Origin: an uncultured Clostridia bacterium
Lineage (GTDB): Bacteria > Bacillota > Clostridia > TANB77 > CAG-508
DNA length: 64,000 nt
Reading direction: 5' to 3'
Assembly: GCA_934168365.1 (NCBI GenBank)
Contig: CAKPNJ010000003.1
Coordinates: 31,055 to 95,054, forward strand
Shown here in pieces: positions 50,635 through 61,583 of this stretch. Numbering within the stretch: the first letter of the stretch is position 1; the number at the start of each line of letters is the position of its first letter. Under the pieces are notes generated by a model that saw nothing but the letters and a program-made list of their open reading frames with translations, was not told where the DNA came from and made no database searches. The translations under genes were made by a program, and so were the position numbers.

Positions 50635-51722
50635 TCAAATATAGATTTAAATACTCCTTTATCAATAAATGTTGCGAATATATTTTTTAATATTATTAGT
50701 ATTATTGGTCCTATAAACATACCAATAACTCCTATGAATTTAAATCCTGTATACATTGCAATTAAAGTAAATATTGGATGTATACCTATTTTTCCACTTA
50801 CCATTCTAGGTTCTATAAATTGTCTTACTACAGACATTATAATCCATAAAACTATAATCCATATTGCTAATGTAAAATCTCCTGAACATGCTGATATTAC
50901 AGCCCATGGTATCATAAATGTTCCTGAACCAAATATAGGTAATAGATCCACAAATCCTATAATCAAGGCCATTAACAATGGGTATTGAACATTCAAACCT
51001 GCAAAATGAAATATATATAGTCCTATTAAGCAAATAACAAATGATATAAATACTAAAGTAACTTCCGCTTTTAAATAGCCACCCAATGACTTCGTAAGTT
51101 CTTTTATATGAATTCCTATTTTTTTAACCCAAGTTTCTGGCATATGATGTTCTAATTGATCTATCATGTATACTTTATCTACACAAATGAAATATAATGC
51201 TAATAATGTAACAACTGTATATACTCCTATTGTTGGTATAGATGTCAAAAAGTTAATTGCGTTTGTCAATGCTGATTTAGCCCAGTTTGTTAAATTTCCT
51301 AAAAAATCAAGTGAAGACTGTTGAATGGTTGACATTATGTTGTCTGGTATTTTTAAACTTTCAAAATCAACTGAAGCTATTAGATTTTGTACTAATTGAT
51401 AGCCTTTTTCAAAATATTCGTTTAAATTTGTAAGTAAGTTAGACGCTTCTGTTATCAATGTTATTGATACCCACACTAAAAGTCCCGCTATTATAATTAT
51501 TGCAATTATGAATATTATAATAGAACTCGTTTTTCGTCTCAGTTTGGTTTTTCTCATTATAAATCTAATGCATGGTTCTAATAATAGTGAAATAATGAAT
51601 GCTACTAAAAATGGCATATAAAAAATTACAAGTTTAAATCCTAGATAAAAGCCAAGAACAGATAGTGCCAATATTAGTAGGTTTTTTAGTACTTTTCCCC
51701 AATAATTCATATCTATAATCAT
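50628..51722 (-). CDS. AI-2E family transporter (PerM/UPF0118 permease).
   Basis: 8-transmembrane topology and the family-typical C-terminal region. Confidence 0.65.
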   Translation of the reverse strand: MIIDMNYWGKVLKNLLILALSVLGFYLGFKLVIFYMPFLVAFIISLLLEPCIRFIMRKTKLRRKTSSIIIFIIAIIIIAGLLVWVSITLITEASNLLTNLNEYFEKGYQLVQNLIASVDFESLKIPDNIMSTIQQSSLDFLGNLTNWAKSALTNAINFLTSIPTIGVYTVVTLLALYFICVDKVYMIDQLEHHMPETWVKKIGIHIKELTKSLGGYLKAEVTLVFISFVICLIGLYIFHFAGLNVQYPLLMALIIGFVDLLPIFGSGTFMIPWAVISACSGDFTLAIWIIVLWIIMSVVRQFIEPRMVSGKIGIHPIFTLIAMYTGFKFIGVIGMFIGPIILIILKNIFATFIDKGVFKSIFER

Positions 51723-51787
51723 ATGTAATTGTTCCCTTTCTTTTTAATATGACCGAATTATATCATATATAATAACTTATTTAAATA

Positions 51788-52225
51788 CTATTGTGCATTT
51801 TTCTTGTCGCATCCACAAATGCAACCTAAAGTATTTCCTAAATTTGTTTCGTTAATTTTACTGTTTGCAGCTAAATCTCCCAATGTCAACATGCCAATAA
51901 GTTTGTTGTCCTCTATTATAGGTATTCTTTTCACTTGATTTTTAGACATTAAATTTTCTGCTTCCTTTACATCTGCATTAGCATCACAGCAACATACTTC
52001 ACAAGTCATAATTTCACTAATTGGTGTAGTATTTGGATCTTTATTACAAGCAATACATCTTAAAATAATATCACGATCAGTTACAAGTCCAACAACATTT
52101 TGTGAATTATTACATACTGGAATACAACCAACATGTTTGTTGCTCATTATTGTAGCACAGTCGTGAACTGTGTTAGATGGTGTAGCATATTCTACTTCAT
52201 TACACATACAATCTTTAACTTTCAT
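51788..52225 (-). CDS. CBS-domain pair protein with a Cys-rich C-terminal tail (CCCD...GCICGCD).
   Basis: Two CBS motifs (VGLVTDRDI, IGMLTLGDL). Met7 (MKVKDCM) has an internal GGAGAG RBS. The track's start at 52243 has none. Confidence 0.6.
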   Translation of the reverse strand: MKVKDCMCNEVEYATPSNTVHDCATIMSNKHVGCIPVCNNSQNVVGLVTDRDIILRCIACNKDPNTTPISEIMTCEVCCCDANADVKEAENLMSKNQVKRIPIIEDNKLIGMLTLGDLAANSKINETNLGNTLGCICGCDKKNAQ

Positions 52226-52351
52226 AACATACTCTCCATTCAAATTTATTTGATAATTTCAAATTATCAATATTATTTTTGACCAAAATAAAAAAGATAT
52301 GCAATATTTTGCACATCTTTAAAATTTCAAAAATTGTCAAAATTTTGAAAT

Positions 52352-52972
52352 TTATAAATATTCAGAATAATCTATATCCATTCTATTCATTCCCGGTCCA
52401 TAAGGTGGTCTTCCTCCAGGAAATGGTGGCCTACCTGGTCCCACTGGTGGAAATGGCGGACGTGGAGGCATCGGTCTTGGCGGTGTAATTGCACCTCCTC
52501 CAAACAATCTTTGCAAAATTAGAATTCTAATTAAGTCTCTTAACAATGGATTATTTGGTTGTCTTGTTGCTCTAGTTTCAGTTTTTATTGGCGTTCTTTT
52601 AGGTGTAAGTTCTCTTTTCATTTCTTGTCTTGCACTTACATGACTGTTTTCTCTATTTTGAGCTTCTATTTTTATATTTACAACTGTTTCATTTCTTTCA
52701 ACAAGTTTGTATACATCATCTGTCATTTTATCTACTACTGATTTTGAAATAGGTTCATTATTTGCTTCACATGCTTTGCACACCAATGGATATATTATAT
52801 TATAGCTGTCTGGATATAAAGCTTTTATTTCGGCTTCTGTTAAATTATTCTGTACTTGATTTGATGAATATGTATTTTCATTTCTATAATCATATGTCTC
52901 ATAAATATTAGGATCATTTATTGGGTATCCTAATACTTGTCGCATATAATCCTCATAATTTTGGTAATACAT
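52352..52972 (-). CDS. Hypothetical protein with a Pro/Gly-rich C-terminal third (PPRPMPPRPPFPPVGPGRPPFPGGRPPYGPG). Possibly a spore-coat or structural protein.
   Basis: ORF and composition only. Confidence 0.4.
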   Translation of the reverse strand: MYYQNYEDYMRQVLGYPINDPNIYETYDYRNENTYSSNQVQNNLTEAEIKALYPDSYNIIYPLVCKACEANNEPISKSVVDKMTDDVYKLVERNETVVNIKIEAQNRENSHVSARQEMKRELTPKRTPIKTETRATRQPNNPLLRDLIRILILQRLFGGGAITPPRPMPPRPPFPPVGPGRPPFPGGRPPYGPGMNRMDIDYSEYL

Positions 52973-53032
52973 ACAATACCTCCCATTTTAAATTTAATGT
53001 ATTATATGTATCCTATATTGAATTTGTTACAA

Positions 53033-53932
53033 TTATTTAATAATTCCATCTTTTTTCATTTTGTTTATTATTTTTGCATAAACTCTATCTCTTACCCATG
53101 GTTCTGATGTTGTTTCTAAAACCTCATTAATAGGAACCCATTTTACTCCACTATTTTCATCTTCTTTTATGTGTATAGCTTCGTTTTCATCAGCTTCTAA
53201 TAAATATGTTACATTAAGATGAACATGTGAAGCTACATACTTTCCTCTTTTCTCATGACCGTTTACATTGATTATTTCTAATGAATAAATATCTTTAGAA
53301 ATAGGAGTAACATTCTTTATTCCTGTTTCTTCTTTTGCTTCTTTCATAGCTACATATAGAAGGTCACTATCTCCATCACTATGTCCTCCTGTCCATGCCC
53401 ACGAATTATATATTTTATGATATATCATCAAGATTTTTGTTCTTTCTTTGTTAAGAATAAATGATGAGCTTGTAAAATGTCCATATTCATTTTGTCTAGT
53501 TAATACATCATCAAAATCATCAATATATTTTAACATTACCCTTTTTTCAACTCTTTCTTGTTCATTGTATTGTTTAAATTTTTCTATATTGTCTTTTAAA
53601 CTATCTACATTTATTTTTATTTTAATTCCTAAAACTCCATATTGTTTTTCTTTATCTGGTGAATAAATTTCATACATGCCATTAGCTTTTTCAGTTGCTT
53701 CACTTTCATCATTATATAGTTTTAGAAACAACTTCTTAAATGTATCTTCTCTATATAACTCAATAACATCAACTAATAATTTTTCCTGTAAATCTGGCAA
53801 TTTTGAAAATTCTATTTTATCTCCAATTTTTATTTGCTGTCTTTTCTCATCATATAATCTAAATTCCACTGTTTTTGTTCCATTTTTTATTCTTTCAAAA
53901 GGATTTTCATTTAATTTCATTTTGTGTATCAT
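53033..53932 (-). CDS. ASCH domain fused to a NUDIX hydrolase.
   Basis: Nudix box GGHSDGDSDLLYVAMKEAKEETGI. N-terminal ASCH-like beta-barrel region. Confidence 0.6.
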   Translation of the reverse strand: MIHKMKLNENPFERIKNGTKTVEFRLYDEKRQQIKIGDKIEFSKLPDLQEKLLVDVIELYREDTFKKLFLKLYNDESEATEKANGMYEIYSPDKEKQYGVLGIKIKINVDSLKDNIEKFKQYNEQERVEKRVMLKYIDDFDDVLTRQNEYGHFTSSSFILNKERTKILMIYHKIYNSWAWTGGHSDGDSDLLYVAMKEAKEETGIKNVTPISKDIYSLEIINVNGHEKRGKYVASHVHLNVTYLLEADENEAIHIKEDENSGVKWVPINEVLETTSEPWVRDRVYAKIINKMKKDGIIK

Positions 53933-53952
53933 AAATCTTTCTCCTCTACTTG

Positions 53953-54456
53953 TTATCTTTCTAATTCTTCTTGTTTTACTTTATCATCCTTTATTCTTCC
54001 TAATCTTTCGATAATTTTCTCTACATTTTCAGGAAGTAGTTCTTCTCCAATATCTGTTTCTTTTTCTTTTGACATTTTTACTAACTTTTCCGTAAGAGCA
54101 CTATCATAAGAATCAAAAACCTCGTCATCTAGTATAACAAAGTTTTCTACATTGTTATTGTTTTCTAGCCATTTTATTATTTCCAATCCTCTTTTATTTT
54201 CTACAACAGGTGTTAAATCTGTAATACGAATTCCATAATCTGCCAACAATTTCTTTAATGCCAGTGCATTTTTTGTATATCTCCATGAAGAGGATAGTAC
54301 AACTTTTGCCCCTGTTGCATCAACTGCTTTTTTCAACAATTTTACTTTATTGATATCTATCTCACTTTCTATTCCTTCTATATCTAAGTTCTGTATTCTA
54401 TCAAAATATTCGTCTGAATTTAATACACCATCAACATCTAAAAATATAACTTTCAT
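53953..54456 (-). CDS. HAD-superfamily phosphatase.
   Basis: Motif I FLDVDGVLN. DD motif ILDDE. Confidence 0.6.
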   Translation of the reverse strand: MKVIFLDVDGVLNSDEYFDRIQNLDIEGIESEIDINKVKLLKKAVDATGAKVVLSSSWRYTKNALALKKLLADYGIRITDLTPVVENKRGLEIIKWLENNNNVENFVILDDEVFDSYDSALTEKLVKMSKEKETDIGEELLPENVEKIIERLGRIKDDKVKQEELER

Positions 54457-54468
54457 TATCGTTTTCCT

Positions 54469-55869
54469 TTACAAATTATTTACTAACTCTTTAAATAAAT
54501 TACCTCTTTCTTCAAAGTTTTTAAATAAATCAAAACTTGCACTTGCTGGTGAGAATAGTACAATTTCGTCTGGTGTTGCTATTTCTTTTGCTTTGTTAAC
54601 CACTTCATTTAATGAACTACAATGATATATTGGCATATCTTTTCCTTGTGTTTCTAGTTCATCTCTAACAACTTTTTCTATCTTTTCAGCAGTCGCTCCC
54701 ATTAAAATTAGTTTGCTTACATTTTCAACTATTGGTCTTGCAATTGGTGTATAGTCTAGATGTTTATCATATCCTCCTGCAATCAGAACAATTTTTTCGT
54801 CAAAAGAGTTTAGTCCTGCTATAGTTCTTGTTGGTGATGTTCCAATAGAATCATTGTACCATTTAACACCATCTATTTCTCTTACAAACTCTAATCTATG
54901 TGCAACTCCTTTAAAGTTTTGAATAGCTTTAGCCTGTACTTCTGGCTCTACCAAGCTTTCTGTTGCAGCTATTGCAGCACAAACATTCTCGTAATTGTGA
55001 ACTCCTCTTAAATGAATATCTTTTACATTTAAAATATGTCTTCTAACCTTATCTTTACATTCTTTAATTTTTTCATCATCATAGATTATTCCATCATCTA
55101 ATTTGCTTTTTCTACTAAAATATATAACCTTTCCATTGGCTTCATTTTTAAATTCTTTTGTTATTTCGTTATCATAGTTAATAACTAAAATATCATTCTC
55201 ATTTTGGCTTTTAAATATGTTTTTCTTAGCTTCTATGTATTCTTCATAAGATTTGTGAATATCTAAATGATTTGGCGAAATATTCGTAATAATCGCAATA
55301 TGTGGGCTAATTTGCATATCCATCAATTGAAAACTACTTAGTTCTAATACTACTACGTCTTCTGGTGTCATTTTTCTAACTTTAGTAAATAGTGGAAATC
55401 CTATATTTCCACCTAAGTAACATTTCTTTCCGCTTTGTTTTATAATTTCATAGATTAAACTTGTAGTAGTAGTTTTCCCATCACTTCCTGTAATTCCAAT
55501 TATAGTAGCTGGGCATGTTTGCATTAACATCTCTATTTCAGATGTTAAAACAGCTCCTTTTCTTACCTCATCTACAATTTCTGGTGTATCAGGTCTACAA
55601 CTTGGAGAACGGAATATTATTGAAAATCCTTTTAGATTTTCTAAATTATTTTCTCCTAGGTATAGATCAAAATTATAATTATGTATTTTCTGAACTGCTT
55701 CTTTGTCTAGTTTTTCAACTGGTCTTTTATCAAAAAATGCAACACTTGCTCCTAAGTTGTAGAAATAATCTATTAAAGGAATATTGCTAACTCCTAAACC
55801 AATAATAGCAACTCTTTTTCCTCTTATATAGTTTTCAAATTCATCTAATTTTTTATTCACAAAGTCCAT
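54469..55869 (-). CDS. murD: UDP-N-acetylmuramoylalanine--D-glutamate ligase.
   Basis: N-terminal Rossmann region VAIIGLGVSN. P-loop GITGSDGKTTTTSLI. Mur ligase C-terminal domain. Confidence 0.85.
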   Translation of the reverse strand: MDFVNKKLDEFENYIRGKRVAIIGLGVSNIPLIDYFYNLGASVAFFDKRPVEKLDKEAVQKIHNYNFDLYLGENNLENLKGFSIIFRSPSCRPDTPEIVDEVRKGAVLTSEIEMLMQTCPATIIGITGSDGKTTTTSLIYEIIKQSGKKCYLGGNIGFPLFTKVRKMTPEDVVVLELSSFQLMDMQISPHIAIITNISPNHLDIHKSYEEYIEAKKNIFKSQNENDILVINYDNEITKEFKNEANGKVIYFSRKSKLDDGIIYDDEKIKECKDKVRRHILNVKDIHLRGVHNYENVCAAIAATESLVEPEVQAKAIQNFKGVAHRLEFVREIDGVKWYNDSIGTSPTRTIAGLNSFDEKIVLIAGGYDKHLDYTPIARPIVENVSKLILMGATAEKIEKVVRDELETQGKDMPIYHCSSLNEVVNKAKEIATPDEIVLFSPASASFDLFKNFEERGNLFKELVNNL

Positions 55870-55872
55870 TAT

Positions 55873-56559
55873 TTATATCTCCTTTTTTATAAAACTTAAA
55901 ACTTTTTTAGCTGAAGCTTGAACATCTTCGCACTCACTAACATCAACTACAATAGTTTTGTCATATATCTTGTAATAACCAGCTTTTTCTTGTAATTCAT
56001 CTCTTCTTTGAATATTTTGTTTTAGTTCTTCTAAATCAATTTTGTTGTTATATTGTATGCTTTTTCTTCTTATACGTTCATCTAGTGAAGCTGTAATCAT
56101 AAAGTGATAATCTAAATCTGGATAAATTTCCATTAAAGCTCTTCCAGAAACTATAACATTATATTTTTCTTTAAATTGATCAATTATTTTTCTTCCAAAC
56201 TCATATAATTTATCATTATTGGCAATTGTACCTATTTCTGAAACAGCTAATGATGATTGAGCTGATTGTAATTTTTCTTCATCAATTTTTTGTCCATCAA
56301 TATAAATTGCAGTTTGCCTATTTTCAATTGCAATTGTAATTTTTAGTTTTTCCATAATTGACTTAATATCAACATGAGACATATTTTGTTTCAAATTGCT
56401 TAAATCTATTCCTGATTTAAGCAAACTATATACAATTGCTCTATATAAATTTCCACCTTCTAAAATTATACTATTAGGAATGTGATTTAGTAGTTCTCTG
56501 CATATCGCGCTTTTCCCTGCACCAACATATCCTTCAATTCCAATTACTATATTATTCAT
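55873..56559 (-). CDS. cmk: Cytidylate kinase-family protein.
   Basis: P-loop IEGYVGAGKSAI and LID region ITASLDERIRRK. Confidence 0.65.
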   Translation of the reverse strand: MNNIVIGIEGYVGAGKSAICRELLNHIPNSIILEGGNLYRAIVYSLLKSGIDLSNLKQNMSHVDIKSIMEKLKITIAIENRQTAIYIDGQKIDEEKLQSAQSSLAVSEIGTIANNDKLYEFGRKIIDQFKEKYNVIVSGRALMEIYPDLDYHFMITASLDERIRRKSIQYNNKIDLEELKQNIQRRDELQEKAGYYKIYDKTIVVDVSECEDVQASAKKVLSFIKKEI

Positions 56560-56731
56560 TATTAAAAATGCACCTCTCTTTTTCTTAAAAAATTATACTA
56601 CAAAGCAATTAAATTATCAATAAAATTCCACTTCTTATTGCTATGCCTTTTTTATTTTTTGAAATTTTTTGAATAAATTTTAATTTTTTTCTAATAATAC
56701 TATTAAGAAAAAGAAATGGAGGTGCTTAATT

Positions 56732-56830
56732 ATGTCAGAAAAACAAAATAAAAATAATAAAAACAATAACAAGAATAGTAACAATAACCAAAACAAAAAT
56801 AATAACGAAAGAAATAATAATTGTAAATAA
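56732..56830 (+). CDS. 32-aa Asn/Lys-rich peptide MSEKQNKNNKNNNKNSNNNQNKNNNERNNNCK. Below the ORF-track length cutoff.
   Basis: GGAGGTG RBS with 8-nt spacing. 17 of 32 codons are Asn. Confidence 0.35.
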   Translation: MSEKQNKNNKNNNKNSNNNQNKNNNERNNNCK

Positions 56831-56849
56831 TTTTATCTTCCAAATAATA

Positions 56850-56999
56850 AGAGATGTAAAGATAAGTGGGTATTCATTTTATAAATTATTTATATATAAT
56901 TAGTTTTAATTTTACTTTGTTCCCTTTCTTTTTGCTTTGTTTTTTACTTTTGTATTTTTTCTATGTTCATATGAATACCCATTTAGCTTTACATCTCTT
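56850..56999. repeat. Long inverted repeat: ~30-bp arms (taagagatgtaaagataagtgggtattcat / atgaatacccatttagctttacatctctta) separated by ~90 bp of AT-rich sequence.
   Basis: Read directly. One mismatch between the arms. Confidence 0.6.
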
Positions 57000-57006
57000 A
57001 CATAAT

Positions 57007-57045
57007 AAAACATGCCAAAATTCTCCGTCCCTATTGGCATGTTTT
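57007..57045 (-). terminator. Terminator of uvrA. The hairpin is usable in both directions.
   Basis: aaaacatgccaa ... ttggcatgtttt. Confidence 0.6.
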
Positions 57046-57049
57046 TATA

Positions 57050-59875
57050 TTATTCTAAATATTTCTTTAAAAATTTTCCAGTATAACTTTGCTCATTTCT
57101 TGTAATTTGTTCTGGTGTTCCTACTGCAATTATTTGTCCACCTTTTTCTCCACCTTCTGGTCCTAAGTCTATAATGTAATCAGCTGTTTTTATGAGGTCT
57201 AAATTGTGTTCAATTACAATTATACTATTTCCTGTGTCAACTAATCTTTGTAAAATATCAACCAATTTATGAACATCTGCTATATGAAGTCCTGTTGTAG
57301 GCTCATCTAAAATATATAATGTTTTCCCTGTTGCTTTTTTAGATAGTTCTGTTGCTAATTTAACACGTTGTGCTTCTCCACCTGATAAAGTAGTTGAAGG
57401 TTGCCCTAACTTAATATATCCAAGTCCAACATCATATAAGGTTTGAATTTTTGATTTGATTTTAGGTATGTTTTCGAAAAACTTCAAAGCTTCTTCTACA
57501 GTCATATCAAGAACATCACTAATAGTTTTGCCTTTATATTTAACTTCAAGTGTTTCTCTATTATATCTTTTTCCTTTACATACTTCACATGGTACATATA
57601 TATCTGGTAAAAAGTGCATTTCTATTTTTAAAACACCATCTCCAGAACATGCCTCACATCTACCACCTGCAACATTAAAGCTAAACCTGCCTTTGTCATA
57701 GCCTCTCATTTTAGCCTCTTGTGTTGCAGCAAAAATGTCTCTAATAACATCAAATACTCCTGTATATGTTGCTGGGTTTGAACGTGGAGTTCTTCCTATT
57801 GGTGATTGATCGATATTTATAATTTTATCAACATTTTCTAGTCCTTTTATTTCTTTGCATTTTCCTGGTTTTTCATTTGAACCATATATTTCTTTTGCTA
57901 CTGTTTTATATAATATTTCATTAACTAGTGTACTCTTGCCTGAACCTGAAACACCTGTAACGCAAATAAATTGTCCTAATGGAAATTTTACATTTATGTT
58001 TTTCAAGTTGTGTTCTGTTGCACCTTTGACTTCAATTGCCTTTCCATTAGATTTTCTTCTTTTTTTAGGTACTAAAATTTGTTTTTTGCCACTTAAATAT
58101 TGTCCTGTAATAGATTCTGGAACTAATTTGATTTCTTCAGCAGTACCTTGTGCAATTACCTTTCCACCATGCACACCTGCGCCTGGTCCAATATCTATAA
58201 TTTGGTCTGCTGCATACATAGTATCTTCATCATGCTCAACAACTAAAACAGTATTTCCTAAATCTCTTAATTTTCTAAGTGTTGCTAATAGCTTTTCATT
58301 ATCTCTTTGGTGTAACCCAATACTTGGTTCGTCTAATATATATAACACTCCTGTTAGTCCTGAACCAATTTGAGTTGCTAAACGAATACGTTGTGCTTCA
58401 CCACCTGATAAACTTCCTGCACTTCTAGATAATGTTAAATACTCTAACCCAACATCAAGTAAAAATTGTAAACGTTTATTTAATTCTTTTAGTATTTGAT
58501 CTGCAATCATTTTATCTTTGTTGTTTAATTGTAATGAATTTAAGAAATCTTTTATTTTATCAATAGACATATCTGTTAATTCGTTTATGTTTTTATCTCC
58601 AACTTTTACAGATAAGCTCTCTTTTTTTAATCTTGCCCCATGACAAGTTTGACATGCACTTTCACTCATGTACATTTCATAAAAGTCTCTCATACCTTGA
58701 GATTTTGTTTCATTATACCTTCTATCTAATGTTGGTAAAACACCTTCAAATGGACTTGTAAATTTTCTTGTTCCAGCATAAGATGTATATTCAAAATCAA
58801 TTGCTTCATCGCCTGTACCATATAAAATTTTTTCTAAAAACCATCTTGGCAATTTTTTAATAGGTACATCTTTTATTTCTACTCCGTAATGTTTGGCAAT
58901 ACTTTCAAAATACATTTTTGCCATTGTATCGCCTTTTTTCATTGTACTAGCTCCAAAAGCTTTAATTCCATCATATAGAGTTTTATTTTTGTCAGGAACA
59001 ATTAAGTCTTCGTCCATTTTCATTAAGTAACCAATACCTGTACAAGTTGGACAAGCACCAAATGGATTATTAAAAGAAAACATTCTTGGTGTTAGTTCTT
59101 CTATGCTTATATTACAGTCTGGACAAGCATAGTTTTGACTATATAATATTTCCTTATCACCTGGAGTATCTATTACAACTAAATTATTTGCATATTTTAA
59201 AGCAGTTTCAACTGACTCAGTTAGTCTTGTTCTAATTTCTTCTTTTACAACTAATCTATCAACTACTAGCTCTATATTATGTTTTTTCTTTCTATCAATT
59301 TCTATGTCATCTGTTAATTCATAAACCTCTCCATCAACACGTACACGAACAAAGCCTTCTTTTTGAAAGTCTTGTAATAGTTTTGTATATTCACCCTTTT
59401 TTCCACGAACAACAGGCGCTAAAACTTGAATTCTAGTACCTTCTTCTAAACTCATAACACTATCTATAATTTGGTCAATAGTTTGTTTTTCAATTTTCTT
59501 ACCACAGTTTGGACAATATGGTACACCTATACGTGCATATAATAAACGAATATAATCATATATTTCTGTAACTGTTCCAACTGTTGAACGTGGATTTCTA
59601 GATGTAGTTTTTTGGTCTATTGAAATCGCTGGTGATAAGCCTTCAATTGATTCAACATCTGGTTTTTCCATTAGTCCTAAGAATTGTCTAGCATAAGATG
59701 ATAAACTTTCTACATATCTTCTTTGACCTTCTGCATACAAAGTATCAAATGCTAACGAAGATTTACCAGAACCAGAAAGCCCTGTAATTACTACTAATTT
59801 ATCTCTTGGAATTTCTATATTTATATCTTTTAAATTATGTTCTTTTGCTCCCTTAATAATAATGCTATCTTGCAT
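57050..59875 (-). CDS. uvrA: Excinuclease ABC subunit A.
   Basis: Two ABC ATPase modules ([22 protein letters not shown]) and zinc fingers. Confidence 0.97.
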   Translation of the reverse strand: MQDSIIIKGAKEHNLKDINIEIPRDKLVVITGLSGSGKSSLAFDTLYAEGQRRYVESLSSYARQFLGLMEKPDVESIEGLSPAISIDQKTTSRNPRSTVGTVTEIYDYIRLLYARIGVPYCPNCGKKIEKQTIDQIIDSVMSLEEGTRIQVLAPVVRGKKGEYTKLLQDFQKEGFVRVRVDGEVYELTDDIEIDRKKKHNIELVVDRLVVKEEIRTRLTESVETALKYANNLVVIDTPGDKEILYSQNYACPDCNISIEELTPRMFSFNNPFGACPTCTGIGYLMKMDEDLIVPDKNKTLYDGIKAFGASTMKKGDTMAKMYFESIAKHYGVEIKDVPIKKLPRWFLEKILYGTGDEAIDFEYTSYAGTRKFTSPFEGVLPTLDRRYNETKSQGMRDFYEMYMSESACQTCHGARLKKESLSVKVGDKNINELTDMSIDKIKDFLNSLQLNNKDKMIADQILKELNKRLQFLLDVGLEYLTLSRSAGSLSGGEAQRIRLATQIGSGLTGVLYILDEPSIGLHQRDNEKLLATLRKLRDLGNTVLVVEHDEDTMYAADQIIDIGPGAGVHGGKVIAQGTAEEIKLVPESITGQYLSGKKQILVPKKRRKSNGKAIEVKGATEHNLKNINVKFPLGQFICVTGVSGSGKSTLVNEILYKTVAKEIYGSNEKPGKCKEIKGLENVDKIINIDQSPIGRTPRSNPATYTGVFDVIRDIFAATQEAKMRGYDKGRFSFNVAGGRCEACSGDGVLKIEMHFLPDIYVPCEVCKGKRYNRETLEVKYKGKTISDVLDMTVEEALKFFENIPKIKSKIQTLYDVGLGYIKLGQPSTTLSGGEAQRVKLATELSKKATGKTLYILDEPTTGLHIADVHKLVDILQRLVDTGNSIIVIEHNLDLIKTADYIIDLGPEGGEKGGQIIAVGTPEQITRNEQSYTGKFLKKYLE

Positions 59876-60045
59876 TTAAAATCTCATTCCCTTCTATATT
59901 TACAAATTAGATTGGAAAATTCTAATTATTTTTCAATCTAAAGCCCCTATATATGTTGTGCTAAGCACAAATAATTATTCATCAATAACATATCTAATTA
60001 TAAAACATAAGTTCGAATATGTCAAGTGAAATCACATAAAATAAG

Positions 60046-60072
60046 GTGCCTTAATTTTTAAGGCACCTTATT
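60046..60072. terminator. Bidirectional terminator hairpin.
   Basis: aaggtgcctta attttt aaggcacctt. Confidence 0.6.
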
Positions 60073-60074
60073 TG

Positions 60075-61136
60075 CTAGGATTCATAAACTAGAATAGGAA
60101 TAGATGTAGAAATATTTTCGTAGAGAATTTTTGCGGCTTCATGTGGCATATTCACACAACCATGTGAGCCATCTGTTTTATAAATTTCTCCACCGAAAAT
60201 TCCATTTCGCCAAGAGGCATCGTGAAAACCTATACCTCCATTAAACGGCATCCAATAGTCCACAGGAGAAGCATATTTGCTTCCATCACTGTTGCTACCT
60301 CTTAGAACAGCATTCCGTTCTTTGTAGTAAAGATAGTAGACACCAGTTGGAGTACTGCAACCATCTGCAACATTTCCAGTTACACATGGAGTATCAAGAA
60401 TACATTCACCATCAACATACATTAAGACTCTTTGTTCAGTTATATCCAACTCAATTCTGGTATTTAGATTTGGAACCTGAACTCCTTTGATAATATCATT
60501 CAATGCCTCTAACCGAGGCTCAAGCATTTTGGTTACTATCTCCGGCTCTACAATTGTTGGTTTTGATAATTTAATGCCATATTCTCCTTGTTCAAGTTTT
60601 TCCATGAAAAGTTTATAGTTTTCTTCAAAGTCAATTACTTTTCCATATTGTTCTTGAGCAATTTGAAATTTTTGAGTTTCATCATTCCATTCAATGAATG
60701 CATTCTGAGATCCACTACTTCCCTGCATCTCTTGCAAATTCCTAAGATATCGTTCTATTGCTTTTTCATCAAAAGATACTATTCCAGAATAATTATTAAT
60801 TTTGGTCATATCTCCTAATTTTTGATTTTTAAGGATTTCATGCAATAAATTTTCGTTTACATTTACTCCAAGTTTGTCTAATGTCACTTCATATGTGTGG
60901 TTACTATCAAACCATATTACTGAAGTTCTTTTTCCAAGTGTCTCCTCAATGTTGTTTTTTGCCTTTTCTACCGTTAGGCACGAACAGTTTACACCTTGAA
61001 TATATGTCCCAATTGTAAAATGCGAATGATAGAACATACTTGCAAAAACAATGAAAGCAACTACTATCCCAAGTAATACTAGTCCAAAATGTTTTTGCTT
61101 TTTATTCCGTTTTTTTTGCATACTCTTCCCCTCCAT
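60075..61136 (-). CDS. L,D-transpeptidase (YkuD/ErfK family) with an N-terminal membrane anchor.
   Basis: Catalytic motif HGCVNMP. GGAGG RBS. Confidence 0.75.
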   Translation of the reverse strand: MEGKSMQKKRNKKQKHFGLVLLGIVVAFIVFASMFYHSHFTIGTYIQGVNCSCLTVEKAKNNIEETLGKRTSVIWFDSNHTYEVTLDKLGVNVNENLLHEILKNQKLGDMTKINNYSGIVSFDEKAIERYLRNLQEMQGSSGSQNAFIEWNDETQKFQIAQEQYGKVIDFEENYKLFMEKLEQGEYGIKLSKPTIVEPEIVTKMLEPRLEALNDIIKGVQVPNLNTRIELDITEQRVLMYVDGECILDTPCVTGNVADGCSTPTGVYYLYYKERNAVLRGSNSDGSKYASPVDYWMPFNGGIGFHDASWRNGIFGGEIYKTDGSHGCVNMPHEAAKILYENISTSIPILVYES

Positions 61137-61344
61137 AATAGAATCCTCCTTGTGTGTTACTTAAATTTTTTTGTAACATCAAAAAATTTGGAATATTCTA
61201 ATTATACCACTTTCATGTTGATATGTCAAAATTTCCCAAAATCTTTTTTACTTTATTATTCAATTTGTTACAAATATATTACACAAATATTACAAAAAGG
61301 CAATGTGTATTACATAATTATTACATTAGGTTTACAAAAAATCT

Positions 61345-61416
61345 TATCCACAGCATTGTGAATAATGTGGATAACTTTGTGAATAACTATAAATAGGCAC
61401 ATATTTCTGTGGATAA
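61345..61416. promoter_or_regulatory. Cluster of DnaA boxes: three perfect TTATCCACA/TGTGGATAA sites plus two TGTGAATAA variants within ~75 bp.
   Basis: ttatccaca 61345-61353, tgtggataa 61366-61374 and 61408-61416, ttgtgaataa at about 61356 and 61377. Confidence 0.6.
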
Positions 61417-61529
61417 CTTTTATGTTTTATTGTTTACTATTTTATGGTAACAAGTTATTTATTATATATTGTCAAATAGTTTTTAAAACTTTTACATTAA
61501 ATTCCATTTGTATATTTTCTCATTATTTA

Positions 61530-61575
61530 ACATCAAAAAACTGCAGTTTCTAGATTAAAGAAAATGCAGTTTTTA
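61530..61575 (-). terminator. Terminator downstream of the DUF1294 gene.
   Basis: aaaactgcag ... tgcagttttt. Confidence 0.5.
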
Positions 61576-61583
61576 TCACTATT

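Noticed and set aside
52352-52520. GC-rich stretch suggesting an RNA gene
   Set aside because: It encodes the Pro/Gly-rich C-terminus of the 52352..52972 protein on the minus strand (CCN and GGN codons), so the composition is explained by coding.
61340-61420. Chromosomal replication origin (oriC)
   Set aside because: The DnaA-box cluster is real, but there is no dnaA, dnaN or rpmH context, and polC and an L,D-transpeptidase flank it. I report it as a secondary DnaA-box cluster, not as oriC.
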